A stretch of DNA of 26,687 nt from Acidobacteriota bacterium (GCA_048636435.1 JAIVWR010000001.1:1-26687); one strand, 5' to 3'; positions 8,762 to 18,403 are shown, counted from the stretch's first letter. The notes: generated by a model not told the origin, from the sequence alone. Numbers and translations: made by a program.

Positions 8762-9823
8762 ATGAGCATACTAGATGACCTCGCCGCCTACCAGAGGATC
8801 GACCCCCAGGGGATGCTGGCCCGCATCCGCGACCTGCCCCACCAGTGTCGAGCGGCCTGGCAGGAGGTCCAGACCCTGGAGCTGCCGGACGACTACTGCG
8901 ACATCGACAAGGTGGTCATCCTGGGCATGGGCGGCTCGGCCATCGCCGGCGATTTCCTGCGCTCCCTGGTAGCCCTGGAGAGCCCCGTCCCCATCTTCAG
9001 CCATCGCGACTACGAGCTGCCCCTCCTGGTGGACGGCAGGACGCTCCTGATAGCGTCCAGCTACAGCGGCAACACCGAGGAGGTGCTGTCCTGCTTCGAG
9101 CGTGGCCTGGGCACGGGGGCTAAGAAGGTGGTCATCACCGGCGGCGGCAAGCTCCTGACCACGGCCCGCGCCAATGGCGTCCCTGCCTTCGTCTTTCACT
9201 ACGAGTCGGAGCCTCGGGCCGCCCTGGGCTATGGCATCATGCCCCTCCTGGCCATCGCCCAGAAGGTGGGCATAGTGGCCGACAAGGACGAGGACGTGGA
9301 CGAGGCCATCGCCGCCATGCTGGGCCTGGCGACCCGCATCGACGAGACGGTGCCCCTGGACCGCAACCCCGCCAAGCAGCTCGCCCAGCGGCTACACGGG
9401 CGGCTGCCCGTAATCTACAGCGCGGGCATCCTGGCTCAGGTGGCCCGCCGCTGGAAGGGCCAGCTCAACGAGACCAGTAAGATGTGGTGCTTCTACGAAG
9501 AGCTGCCCGAGGCCAATCACAACGCCCTCGTCGGATATGGCCTGCCCAAGGAGATCGCAGCCAAGGCCCTGGTGGTCTTTCTGCGAGCGCCCTCCCTCCA
9601 TCCGCGCATTCTCCTGCGCTACGAGCTTACCCAAACGGCCCTCGAGGAGGCAGGCGTGGAGAGCGCGACGGTTGACGCCGAAGGGAAGAGCCCTCTGGCC
9701 CAGATCATGAGCGCCGTCCTCTTCGGCGACTGGGTGAGCTTGTACCTAGCGGTTCTGAATGGCGTGGAGCCTGCGCCCACTCCGCCCATCGCCAAGCTGA
9801 AGGACCGGCTGGCCGGCCGCTAG
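8762..9823 (+). CDS. Bifunctional phosphoglucose/phosphomannose isomerase (SIS-domain, crenarchaeal-type PGI/PMI family)
   Basis: [32 protein letters not shown], terminal I..LK. Start ATG 8762; the track's 8624 start lies inside the upstream gene. Confidence 0.9.
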   Translation: MSILDDLAAYQRIDPQGMLARIRDLPHQCRAAWQEVQTLELPDDYCDIDKVVILGMGGSAIAGDFLRSLVALESPVPIFSHRDYELPLLVDGRTLLIASSYSGNTEEVLSCFERGLGTGAKKVVITGGGKLLTTARANGVPAFVFHYESEPRAALGYGIMPLLAIAQKVGIVADKDEDVDEAIAAMLGLATRIDETVPLDRNPAKQLAQRLHGRLPVIYSAGILAQVARRWKGQLNETSKMWCFYEELPEANHNALVGYGLPKEIAAKALVVFLRAPSLHPRILLRYELTQTALEEAGVESATVDAEGKSPLAQIMSAVLFGDWVSLYLAVLNGVEPAPTPPIAKLKDRLAGR

Positions 9824-10233
9824 CGCTTGGTGTACTGAGGCGCCTTGCGGGCTCGCTTGAGCCCGTACTTCTTGCGCTCCTTCACCCGTGCGTCGCGGGT
9901 CAGGAGCCCAGCCTTGCGGAGAGTCGGCTTGTACTGCTCGTCGGCGACCAACAGCGCCCGCGCGACGCCGTGGGCGATCGCCTCGGCCCAACCAGTGGTG
10001 CCGCCGCCGTTTATCTTCACCTGCACGTTGAACTTGTCCAGGGTCTCGGTGAGAAGCAACGGCTGGCGGACGGTGATCTGGTAGACCAGCCGGGTGAACA
10101 CCTCCTCGATGGGCCTGCCGTTGATGACGATCGTGCCTGTGCCCGGATACAAGCGCACCCTGGCCACCGCCCTCTTGCGCCGACCCGTCCCGTAGTAGTA
10201 GTGCTCCCCCTCGATGACCTGTTCTTCGCCCAC
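9820..10233 (-). CDS. rpsI: 30S ribosomal protein S9
   Basis: [43 protein letters not shown] start with SD GGAGG/AAGGA. Confidence 0.98.
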   Translation of the reverse strand: MGEEQVIEGEHYYYGTGRRKRAVARVRLYPGTGTIVINGRPIEEVFTRLVYQITVRQPLLLTETLDKFNVQVKINGGGTTGWAEAIAHGVARALLVADEQYKPTLRKAGLLTRDARVKERKKYGLKRARKAPQYTKR

Positions 10234-10247
10234 TTTCCTTCGTCCTC

Positions 10248-10727
10248 CTAGCCGGAAGCTGCCTCGCCGGCCGCCTCTTGCGCCTTCTGGCCACCCTTCA
10301 CCTGGGCCTCGTGGGGATGCTCCGGCCCGGCGTAAACCTTGAGGTTGCGCAGCAGCTTTCGCCCCAGGCGATTGTGGGGCAGCATGCCCCGCACCGCCAT
10401 CTCGATGACTCGAGTGGGCCTGCTGGCCATCAACTCGCCCAGCGTGACGCTCTTCAGCCCGCCCGGATAGCCGGAGTGGCGATAGTAGACCTTATCGCTT
10501 AGCTTCTTGCCGGTCACCCGCACGCGCGCGGCGTTCACCACGATGACGTAGTCGCCCATCTCCAGATGAGGCGAATAGGTGGGCTTGTGCTTGCCCCGCA
10601 AAACGCGGGCTATGCGCGTTGCCAGACGCCCCAGGATCTGGTCGGCCGCGTCTACCACCAGCCACTCGCGGGTGATATCGCCGCCCTTCAGATTAAAGGT
10701 CCGTGTTCTCTTCGTGGCCACTTTCAC
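10248..10727 (-). CDS. rplM: 50S ribosomal protein L13
   Basis: [49 protein letters not shown] start at 10727 (or 10721). Confidence 0.97.
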   Translation of the reverse strand: MKVATKRTRTFNLKGGDITREWLVVDAADQILGRLATRIARVLRGKHKPTYSPHLEMGDYVIVVNAARVRVTGKKLSDKVYYRHSGYPGGLKSVTLGELMASRPTRVIEMAVRGMLPHNRLGRKLLRNLKVYAGPEHPHEAQVKGGQKAQEAAGEAASG

Positions 10728-11499
10728 TCAAACCCTCGTACTCTACAGCCATCAGACAGAGCCCCCGCGGCGGCGCCGGCGTAGCGGCTGCCCCTCGCTG
10801 GGCCGACGCCAGCAGGCCGCGGAAGTCCTCCACCGTCTGCTTGCCCAGGCCCACCTTCACCAGCGCCCCTGCCGTCCGCCGCACCTGCTGCAGCAGGAAC
10901 GAATTGCCTTCGATGTCGAACGTCACCCAGGAGCTCCGACGCCGCACCTCGGCCCTGTACACCGTTCGCACAGTCCTGCCGGGGGCGGACGGTGAAGCGA
11001 AGGCCGCGAGATCGTGCTCTCCCACAAGGTGCTGGGCTGCTGCCTGCATCGCCTCTACGTCCAGAGGCTTGGCAATGTGCCAGCAGTAGCCCCTGAGAAG
11101 GGCCGGCCGCTGCCGCCCGTTATACATGAGGTAACGATACCACCGCCTCTTGGCCTGCCGGCGCACCTGAAAGCTTAGCGGCACCTCACGGACCGAACGC
11201 ACGACGATGTCCTCAGGAAGATGAACGTTCAGGGCCCGCACGAACACCTCCACCTCGTAGGGCGCCCGCGTCCGAAAGGAGGCTACCTGCCCCTCGGCGT
11301 GGACACCGGCGTCGGTGCGACCGGCCAGCGCCACCCTCGTTCGTTCGCCTGTCAGCTTGTTCAGCGCTTTCTCCAGCTCCCCCTGGATGGTGGGGACATT
11401 CTTCTGATACTGGGAGCCAGCATAGGCCGCTCCGTCATACTCCACCACCAGGGCAATTCTCCGAAAGGACCTTTCCTCCCCGTCCTGCTCGACCACCAC
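10693..11499 (-). CDS. truA: tRNA pseudouridine(38-40) synthase
   Basis: EYDG..Y.GSQ.Q, catalytic [29 protein letters not shown]. Confidence 0.95.
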   Translation of the reverse strand: MVVEQDGEERSFRRIALVVEYDGAAYAGSQYQKNVPTIQGELEKALNKLTGERTRVALAGRTDAGVHAEGQVASFRTRAPYEVEVFVRALNVHLPEDIVVRSVREVPLSFQVRRQAKRRWYRYLMYNGRQRPALLRGYCWHIAKPLDVEAMQAAAQHLVGEHDLAAFASPSAPGRTVRTVYRAEVRRRSSWVTFDIEGNSFLLQQVRRTAGALVKVGLGKQTVEDFRGLLASAQRGAAATPAPPRGLCLMAVEYEGLSESGHEENTDL

Positions 11500-11538
11500 G
11501 ATGACAACCCGCCACCCGCCGGCTGGCCGACAGGCTCC

Positions 11539-11928
11539 CTACTGCTTCTTCTTCTCCTCCTCCTCCTCCTCTTCCTCCTCCACCAGCTCCAGCTGGGCCA
11601 TCCGGGCGCCATCGCCCTGACGCGGCCCCAGCTTGATGATGCGCGTATAGCCGCCGGGCCGACTGGCATAGCGAGGCCCCAGCTCATCGAAGATCTTCTT
11701 CACCACATCCTTGTCGCTCACGATGCGCAGGGCCCGTCGGCGGGCGTGAAGAGTTCCATGCCTGCCCAGCGTGATCACCTTCTCGGCGATGCTCCGCAGT
11801 TCCTTCGCCTTGGCCTCGGTGGTCACGATCTTCTCATGGCGTAGAAGATCGGTCACCTGGTTGCGAAACATAGCCAGACGATGGCTTGGGGAGCGACCCA
11901 GCCTGCGTCCGGCGATACGGTGCGCCAT
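11539..11928 (-). CDS. rplQ: 50S ribosomal protein L17 with an E9-KKKQ tail
   Basis: [46 protein letters not shown]. Confidence 0.98.
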   Translation of the reverse strand: MAHRIAGRRLGRSPSHRLAMFRNQVTDLLRHEKIVTTEAKAKELRSIAEKVITLGRHGTLHARRRALRIVSDKDVVKKIFDELGPRYASRPGGYTRIIKLGPRQGDGARMAQLELVEEEEEEEEEKKKQ

Positions 11929-11934
11929 GTCGGC

Positions 11935-13230
11935 CTAGCCCTCGCTCTCCTCGCTGACCTCTTCCTTCAGCTTTTGCAGCATCCGCTGCCACTCGGCCAG
12001 CTCTTCGCCCTCTTCTTTAGCCGCAGGCGCTGGCTCTTCCGCCTTGGCCTTAGCCTTAGCCTTAGCCTTAGGCTTGGCCTTGGCCTCGGCCTCCTCTCCC
12101 TCAGCCGGCGCGGCCACCGCCTCCTCAGCAGGCGCTGGCGCCGCCACCTCGGCCGCTTCCGGCAGCGCTGCCTCTTCGACGACCACCACTGGCTCCGCCG
12201 CTACAGCCGCTGCCTCCTCGCCACGACCGACCACTGCCGGCAGCCCTTCCTCCTCGATCACCGAGGGGACCTCGACCGGCACTTCCTCCTCCACCGTCTC
12301 CTCGGGCAGGAAGTCTAGCTCCCGCAGGCGCGTCTTGAGCTCATCGTAGGACTTGCGGCCGAAGTTGCGTAGGGCGAGAAGTTCGTCCTCGCTCTTCTCC
12401 AGCACCTCACCCACCGTCATCAGCCCGCTGCGCTTCAGGCAGTTGTAGGCCCGCACCGACAGACTGAGGTCCTCAATGGCCGTGTTGTAGCGGTCGGCCG
12501 TTAGGACCGTGCCCGCACCCAGACCGTGTTCCACCACCGGCGGCGCCGGCTTGCCCAACTGACTGAACGGGGAGAGCTGCTCCAAAAGGATATCGGCACT
12601 CTGGCTCATGGCGTCCACGCCGGTGATGGTTCCGTCCGTCCACGCCTCCAGCACCAGGCGGTCATAGTTGCTGATCTGGCCCACGCGGGTGCGCTCCACC
12701 CTATAGTTCACCTTGCGCACCGGCGTGAAAATGGCGTCCACCGGGATTACCCCGATGGCCAGTTCATCGCTCGCCCCCGCCGGGACGTAGCCATGGCCCT
12801 GCTCCACGTTGAACTCCACCCTCAGCTCCCCCTCCGCCGAATCCAGCGTGGCCAGGTGCAGCTCAGGGTTGAGGATCTCATAGTCCGGCGGAACTTGGAT
12901 GTCGGCGGCGGTTATTCCCCCTTCACGACCGCTCACCTCCAGCAGCAGCGTGCCCGGCTGGTCGGACAGAGCCCGCAGCCGCAGCTCCTTCACGTTCAGG
13001 AGGAACTCGATGGTGTCCTCCTTCATGTGAGGAATGGTAGAGAACTCGTGCTGTATGCCGTCGATGCGCACCGAGGTAATTGCAGCGCCCAGCAGAGAGC
13101 TGAGAAGAACCCTCCTCAAGGAATTGCCCACGGTGGTGCCGAAGCCCGGCTCCAGAGGCTCGGCGACGATGCACACATAGTTGTCGTCGCTCTCCACAAT
13201 CTCAATCTGGGGAACGACCAATTGGGTCAC
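11935..13230 (-). CDS. rpoA: RNA polymerase subunit alpha with a 123-aa acidic C-terminal extension
   Basis: EPLEPGFGTTVGNSLRRVLLSS, DAIFTPVRKVNY, alphaCTD IEDLSLSVRAYNCLKRSG..NFGRKS. GTG start at 13230 with SD GAGGAGG. Confidence 0.97.
   Translation of the reverse strand: MTQLVVPQIEIVESDDNYVCIVAEPLEPGFGTTVGNSLRRVLLSSLLGAAITSVRIDGIQHEFSTIPHMKEDTIEFLLNVKELRLRALSDQPGTLLLEVSGREGGITAADIQVPPDYEILNPELHLATLDSAEGELRVEFNVEQGHGYVPAGASDELAIGVIPVDAIFTPVRKVNYRVERTRVGQISNYDRLVLEAWTDGTITGVDAMSQSADILLEQLSPFSQLGKPAPPVVEHGLGAGTVLTADRYNTAIEDLSLSVRAYNCLKRSGLMTVGEVLEKSEDELLALRNFGRKSYDELKTRLRELDFLPEETVEEEVPVEVPSVIEEEGLPAVVGRGEEAAAVAAEPVVVVEEAALPEAAEVAAPAPAEEAVAAPAEGEEAEAKAKPKAKAKAKAKAEEPAPAAKEEGEELAEWQRMLQKLKEEVSEESEG
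12040..12081 (-). repeat. 6-nt microsatellite encoding KAKPKAKAKAKAKA in the RpoA tail
   Basis: (AAGGCT/AAGGCC)n on the minus strand; TTAGCC repeats visible on the plus strand. Confidence 0.85.
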
Positions 13231-13266
13231 AGAGACCCACCTCCTCACTCTGGCAACAAGCGGTTG

Positions 13267-13893
13267 CTAACGCGAGTAGTACTCAACAACAGTAGCCGGG
13301 TCGAACTTGGCGGCGATGTCTTCCATGGTGGGTGGCGATAGCACCCGACCCGTCATCTGCTCACCGTCCAGGCTCAGCCAGGATGGAAGAGACCGCTCAG
13401 CCACCTGCTCCTTGACTACCTGGAAGATTCCACTCTTCGCCCCCCTCGCCGTCCAACCGATGACATCGTTCACCTTGATGACGTGAGAGGGGATATCGGC
13501 CTTGCGGCCGTTTACGCTGATATGACCATGCAGCACCCACTGGCGGGCCTGGTTGCGCGAATCGGCGAAGCCCAGACGATAGACAACATTGTCCAGGCGC
13601 ATCTCCATGATGCGCAGCAGATCCTCGCCGGTGATGCCCTTGTTCCGCACCGCCTCCCTGTAATAGCGGCGGAACTGGCGCTCCATCAGGCCGTAGGTGG
13701 AGCGCGCCTTCTGCTTCTCCCGCAGCTGAAGGCCGCGGTCGGACACCCTGCGGCGCCGCATAGAGCGGCGCCCGGGTGCGTAGGGACGGCGCTCGAAGGG
13801 ACAGCGGGGAGTGTAGCACTTCTCCCCTTTCAGATAGAGCTTTTCGGCCAAGCGCCGGCATATTCGACAAACAGGTCCTCTGTAGCGTGCCAC
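13267..13893 (-). CDS. rpsD: 30S ribosomal protein S4 (Zn-binding form)
   Basis: ARYRGPVCRICRR..KC...C, QLREKQK, EMRLDNVVYRLGFA. GTG start with SD AAGGAG. Confidence 0.98.
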   Translation of the reverse strand: MARYRGPVCRICRRLAEKLYLKGEKCYTPRCPFERRPYAPGRRSMRRRRVSDRGLQLREKQKARSTYGLMERQFRRYYREAVRNKGITGEDLLRIMEMRLDNVVYRLGFADSRNQARQWVLHGHISVNGRKADIPSHVIKVNDVIGWTARGAKSGIFQVVKEQVAERSLPSWLSLDGEQMTGRVLSPPTMEDIAAKFDPATVVEYYSR

Positions 13894-13932
13894 TAGCTCT
13901 CCTTCACCACCTGAGAGATAAACGTCCCCACC

Positions 13933-14328
13933 CTACACTCGCCGCCGCTTGGGTGCGCGACAACCGTTGTGGGGAATAGGGGTCACGTCGCGGATGCTCA
14001 TCACCTGGATGCCCGCCCCCTGGAGAGAGCGAATGGCCGCCTCGCGCCCGCTACCCGGGCCCCTCACATAGACCTCCACCTGGCGCAGCCCGTGCTCCAT
14101 CCCCCGCTTCGCCGCCCTATCCGCCGCTATCTGGGCAGCGTAGGGCGTACTCTTGCGAGAACCCTTGAAGCCGGCCGTGCCCGCACTGGCCCAGGCGATC
14201 ACGTTGCCGTTGGGGTCAGTCAGCGTAATGATGGTATTGTTGAACGTGGACTGAATGTAGGCACGGCCCACGGGAATGTTCTTGCGCTCCCGCCGTCGTG
14301 CCCGGCCCCGGCCTTTCTTTTCAGCCAT
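13933..14328 (-). CDS. rpsK: 30S ribosomal protein S11
   Basis: [36 protein letters not shown]. Confidence 0.98.
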   Translation of the reverse strand: MAEKKGRGRARRRERKNIPVGRAYIQSTFNNTIITLTDPNGNVIAWASAGTAGFKGSRKSTPYAAQIAADRAAKRGMEHGLRQVEVYVRGPGSGREAAIRSLQGAGIQVMSIRDVTPIPHNGCRAPKRRRV

Positions 14329-14360
14329 ATCGCTCCTTGCTGCTTACCTGTAGTTGGCCC

Positions 14361-14744
14361 CTACTTCTTGGTCATCGCCCGCCGCCTGCCAGCCACCGTC
14401 TTGCGCGGGCCTCGCTTGCAACGAGCGTTGGTCCGGGTGCGCTGGCCACGCGCCGGCAGGCCACGGCGATGGCGCACCCCCCGATAGCAGTTGATCTCGA
14501 TGAGGCGCTGCACATTCTGCCGCACTCCCTTGCGCAGCTCGCCTTCCACCGTATAGTTCCGGTCGATAAACTCACGGATGCGGTTGATCTCGTCGTCCGT
14601 TAGGTCCCGCACCTTGGTGGCGGGCTCCACCCGTGCGTTGTCGCAAATGTTGTGGGACAGAGTGGGCCCTATGCCGTAGATGTAGCGCAGCGACACGTCC
14701 ACCCGCTTGTCCCTGGGAATGTCCACGCCAGCAATACGTGCCAT
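14361..14744 (-). CDS. rpsM: 30S ribosomal protein S13
   Basis: [33 protein letters not shown]. Confidence 0.98.
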   Translation of the reverse strand: MARIAGVDIPRDKRVDVSLRYIYGIGPTLSHNICDNARVEPATKVRDLTDDEINRIREFIDRNYTVEGELRKGVRQNVQRLIEINCYRGVRHRRGLPARGQRTRTNARCKRGPRKTVAGRRRAMTKK

Positions 14745-14754
14745 AATGCCTCCT

Positions 14755-14868
14755 CTACCCTTGGCGCTGCTTGTGCCTCGGGTTTTCGCAGATCACCCTC
14801 ACCACACCCTTGCGACGCACGATCTTGCACTTATCGCACCGTCGCTTGACCGAAGCCTGTACTTTCAT
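14755..14868 (-). CDS. rpmJ: 50S ribosomal protein L36 (Zn-binding form); absent from the ORF track
   Basis: Hand translation gives [37 protein letters not shown] (37 aa), between infA and rpsM. Confidence 0.97.
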   Translation of the reverse strand: MKVQASVKRRCDKCKIVRRKGVVRVICENPRHKQRQG

Positions 14869-14894
14869 CGTCAGTCCTACTACCGCCGAAAAGC

Positions 14895-15113
14895 CTAGCG
14901 GAGCCGATAGGTAATCCTACCACGAGTGAGGTCGTATGGCGACAACTCTACCAGCACTCGGTCCCCGGGCAGGATACGGATGAAGTGCACCCGTATCTTG
15001 CCAGAGGCGTGGGCAAGAACCAGGTGCCCGTTAGGCAGCTCTACCCGAAACACAGCATTGGGCAGCGCTTGTTTCACTACCCCTTCGACCTCTATAGCCT
15101 CTTTCTTACCCAT
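14895..15113 (-). CDS. infA: Translation initiation factor IF-1
   Basis: [55 protein letters not shown]. Start ATG 15113 (72 aa). Confidence 0.97.
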   Translation of the reverse strand: MGKKEAIEVEGVVKQALPNAVFRVELPNGHLVLAHASGKIRVHFIRILPGDRVLVELSPYDLTRGRITYRLR

Positions 15114-15143
15114 AAACGGCCCGCAGGCCAATCACCCCCAGAT

Positions 15144-15173
15144 AGTTTACCAGCATCCTCAAGGAAGCGTCAG
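15144..15173 (-). promoter_or_regulatory. Candidate internal promoter for infA-rpmJ-alpha operon
   Basis: Minus strand: CTGACG (15173-15168), 18 nt, TAAACT (15149-15144), preceded by a TGn extended -10 motif. Confidence 0.5.
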
Positions 15174-15908
15174 CACCTCCGCCTCGCCTTCCGTGATCAC
15201 TATCGTGTGCTCGAAGTGGGCGGCGAGGCTACCATCGGCTGTCCGCACCGTCCAGCCGTCGGAATCCTTCTTCGTTTGCCAATTACCGGCCGTGACCATC
15301 GGCTCCAACGCCAGCGTCATGCCCTTCTGGAGCAGCGGCCCCCGGTCGGGCGGCCCGAAGTTGGGCACCTGCGGCTCCTCGTGCATACTCCGACCGACGC
15401 CATGGCCCACGTACTCCCGCACGACAGAGAAGCCGTTCCCTTCGGCGTGAGTCTGGATAGCCGCCGAAATCTGCCCCAGACGGGCGCCGGCCTTCGCTGC
15501 CTTGATGCCCTGCCAGAGCGCCTCCTCCGTTACCCGCACAAGGCTCTCGGCCACGGGGCTTATCCTCCCGACGCCCACGGTGATGGCGGCATCGCCCACG
15601 AAACCCTTGTACGTGGCTCCCAGGTCGATGCTCACGATGTCGCCCTCCTGAAGGATGCGGCTATCCGGTATGCCATGCACCACCTCGTCGTTCAGAGACA
15701 CACAAGCGCGCGCCGGGTAGCCCTGATAGTTCAGGAAGGTGGGAACCACCTTTCTCTTGGCGAACTCCCGCCGCACAATGTCGTCCAGCTTCTTGAGCAT
15801 CAGCCCCGGCCGAAGCTCCTGCCGCAGCATATCCAAAACCTCGGCCACAGCCCGGCCCGCCTGCCGCATCAAGGCTATCTCCTCGGGCCCCTTCAGCTCG
15901 ATAGGCAT
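15159..15908 (-). CDS. map: Methionine aminopeptidase type I
   Basis: CVSLNDEVVHGIP, DIVSID, GD.A.T, GHGVG..MHEEP, ALEPM, AAHFEHT. Confidence 0.97.
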   Translation of the reverse strand: MPIELKGPEEIALMRQAGRAVAEVLDMLRQELRPGLMLKKLDDIVRREFAKRKVVPTFLNYQGYPARACVSLNDEVVHGIPDSRILQEGDIVSIDLGATYKGFVGDAAITVGVGRISPVAESLVRVTEEALWQGIKAAKAGARLGQISAAIQTHAEGNGFSVVREYVGHGVGRSMHEEPQVPNFGPPDRGPLLQKGMTLALEPMVTAGNWQTKKDSDGWTVRTADGSLAAHFEHTIVITEGEAEVLTLP

Positions 15909-15928
15909 GGATTCTCGTGGGCTCCTCC

Positions 15929-16576
15929 CTAGGAACCCTCCACAGCCGCCAGCAGGTTCTCAGCAACATCCTCCACTGACTTATGACCGTCTATCTCCAC
16001 CAGCTTGCCCCTCTCCCGGTAGTAGTCGATGAGGGGCGCCGTCTGCTGGGCATAGACCTCCAGACGCCTTCGCGCCGTCTCAGGCTTATCGTCCTCTCGC
16101 TGGTACAGCTCGCCGCCGCACTGGTCGCAACGACCAGCCTCCCGCGGCGGCTGGAAGCGCTCGTGATAGACGCTCCCGCACTGCCGACAGTTCCACCGGC
16201 CGGAGAGACGGCTCAACAGCTCGTCCTGCGGCGCCTGGATATAGACCACCTTGTCGATGGCCCTGCCCTCCCGAGCCAGGGCCTCATCCAGAGCGGTCGC
16301 CTGCTCCAGCGTGCGAGGGAAGCCGTCCAGGATGCAGCCGCCGGCACAGTCGCCCTGCGACAGGCGCTCCAGCAGCATCGCGATAGTCAAATGATCGGGC
16401 ACCAGTTGGCCCTGATCGTAGTAGACCTTGGCCTGCTTCCCCAGCTCCGTCTCCTGTCTAATAGCCTCCCTGAACAGTTCCCCTGTCGTAATGTGCACCA
16501 ACCCCGTCTTTTCGGCCAGGATTGCTGCCTGGGTTCCTTTGCCCACACCTGGGGCACCAAAGAGGATAACGTACAA
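15929..16576 (-). CDS. adk: Adenylate kinase (Zn-LID type)
   Basis: P-loop GAPGVGKGTQ, LDGFPRT, LID C..C...C..C, QREDD. TTG start. Confidence 0.96.
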   Translation of the reverse strand: MYVILFGAPGVGKGTQAAILAEKTGLVHITTGELFREAIRQETELGKQAKVYYDQGQLVPDHLTIAMLLERLSQGDCAGGCILDGFPRTLEQATALDEALAREGRAIDKVVYIQAPQDELLSRLSGRWNCRQCGSVYHERFQPPREAGRCDQCGGELYQREDDKPETARRRLEVYAQQTAPLIDYYRERGKLVEIDGHKSVEDVAENLLAAVEGS

Positions 16577-16593
16577 GGGCCCTCGTCCACCCC

Positions 16594-17958
16594 CTAGCGG
16601 ATGAAGCCCTCGTACTGACGCATCAGCAACTGGGCCTCTAGTTGGCGCATCGTATCCAGCACCACACCCACCACGATGATCAGGCCGGCGCTGGTGATGC
16701 CCAAGGATAATCCCCCTCCGCGGCCTAAACTAAGAGATTGCTCCCCCGTCAGGGCCGAGGCGAAGAAGGGTATCACCGCAACAAAGCCAAGGAAGAGAGC
16801 ACCAGCCCAGGTGATGCGAATGAGCACCCGCGTAATGTACTCCGCCGTAGGGCGCCCCGGCCGGATCCCGGGGATAAAGCCCCCCTGCCGCTGCAGGTTC
16901 TCCGCCAGGTTCTGCTGCTGGAAGATAACCATCGTATAGAAAAAGGCAAAGATCACCACCAATAAGAACAGAAAGATCCAGTACCCCCAGCTTGCGGGAT
17001 CGAAGACCCCCTTCACCTTGTCCGCCACGTTCGCTAACCAGACGGTGTCCGATGCCTCGAACATGCTGGCCGCATACGCCGGAAAGATCACGATCGAAAA
17101 AGCGAAGATGAGAGGGATCATCCCTGCCGAGTTCACCCGCAGCGGGATGTGCGTCTGACCCGACTGCCGGTACATCCGCCCGCCTCGGAACAGGCTGCGC
17201 GAGTACTGAACCGGGATGCGCCTCTGGGCCTCCTGGAAGAACACGATGATCCCGAGGATGAAGACGATGAACAGAACCAGCATCACAACGCCCGTCATGG
17301 CGGTCGAGGTATACACCTCGGTCCAGATCATCCGCGGTATGTTGGCGACGATGCCGGCGAAGATGAGCACCGATATGCCATTGCCGAGCCCCTTCTCAGT
17401 GATCAACTCGCCCAGCCAGACCAGGAACATGGTGCCAGCCGTCATAGTGGTGATCATGGAAAGAGTGGGTATCAAAGCATCGCCGGTAAGGCCTATCTTT
17501 GTCTCTGCCCCGAAACCGCCCAGGTTGTTGATAAGGAACAGCTGCCCGTAGCCCTGGACAATGCACATGGGTATTGTCAGATAGTGAGTGTAGATCTGGA
17601 TCTGGCGCCGGCCCTGCTCCCCCTCCTTCGTCAAAGCCTGAAGTTGGGGCACTATGGGAACGAGTAGCTGCATGATGATGGAGGACGTCACGTAGGGGTA
17701 GACCCCCAGCGCAGCCACACTCATGTTCCGCAGGGCACCCCCGCTGAAGATGTTGAGGAAGCCAAGGACAGCATTCCCCTCGAAAATGTCCGACAAGGCA
17801 TCCCTGTCGACGCCTGGAAGCGGCAGGTTGGCCACAAAGCGGAACACCACCAGCAGCAATAGAGTGAATATGATCTTCCACCGGACGTCCGCCTGCTGGA
17901 AAGCGTCGATGACGGCCTGGAGAAGCCGCGGCCTAGCGACGGTGGGCGCTCGCGCCAT
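16594..17958 (-). CDS. secY: Preprotein translocase subunit SecY
   Basis: [72 protein letters not shown]. Overlaps the rplO end by 26 nt. Confidence 0.97.
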   Translation of the reverse strand: MARAPTVARPRLLQAVIDAFQQADVRWKIIFTLLLLVVFRFVANLPLPGVDRDALSDIFEGNAVLGFLNIFSGGALRNMSVAALGVYPYVTSSIIMQLLVPIVPQLQALTKEGEQGRRQIQIYTHYLTIPMCIVQGYGQLFLINNLGGFGAETKIGLTGDALIPTLSMITTMTAGTMFLVWLGELITEKGLGNGISVLIFAGIVANIPRMIWTEVYTSTAMTGVVMLVLFIVFILGIIVFFQEAQRRIPVQYSRSLFRGGRMYRQSGQTHIPLRVNSAGMIPLIFAFSIVIFPAYAASMFEASDTVWLANVADKVKGVFDPASWGYWIFLFLLVVIFAFFYTMVIFQQQNLAENLQRQGGFIPGIRPGRPTAEYITRVLIRITWAGALFLGFVAVIPFFASALTGEQSLSLGRGGGLSLGITSAGLIIVVGVVLDTMRQLEAQLLMRQYEGFIR

Positions 17959-18403
17959 GAGCCACCTCCTCGACGCTTCCTCCAGCCGCCTCGATCTTCC
18001 CCTTGGCCACCGCCGAGAACCTGTGGGCCCGCACTATCAGGGCCTTGGTTATCTCGCCGTCGCCCAGAACCTTCACCGGCTGTCTCAAAGTCTTGATAAT
18101 TCCTACCTCGCGCAGGAGTTCGGGTGTCACCTCTGTGCCCTCCTCAAAGCGCTCCAGTTGCTTCAAGTTCACGGGCGCATACTCCACCCGGAAGATGTTG
18201 GTGAAACCCCGCCGCCGGGGCAGACGCTTGATGAGAGGCGTCTGGCCTCCCTCGAAGCCTAGGCGAGGCCCGCCGCCCGAACGCGACTTCTGGCCCTTCG
18301 AGCCGCGCCCTGAATGGCTACCGTGACCGCTCCCGTCGCCGCGACCGACTCGCTTTCGCTTGTGACGAGCGCCTTTAGGGGGTCTTAACTCGTGGGCTTG
18401 CAT
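17933..18403 (-). CDS. rplO: 50S ribosomal protein L15
   Basis: [45 protein letters not shown]. Confidence 0.98.
   Translation of the reverse strand: MQAHELRPPKGARHKRKRVGRGDGSGHGSHSGRGSKGQKSRSGGGPRLGFEGGQTPLIKRLPRRRGFTNIFRVEYAPVNLKQLERFEEGTEVTPELLREVGIIKTLRQPVKVLGDGEITKALIVRAHRFSAVAKGKIEAAGGSVEEVAHGASAHRR

Noticed and set aside
9790-9819. Possible minus-strand terminator after rpsI (GCCGG-CCAG-CCGGT)
   Set aside because: Only about 5 bp, no U-tract, and inside the PGI/PMI coding sequence.
10740-10768. Possible rplM promoter (TAGAGT -10) inside truA
   Set aside because: No -35 or TGn element, and the implied TSS would fall on the SD.
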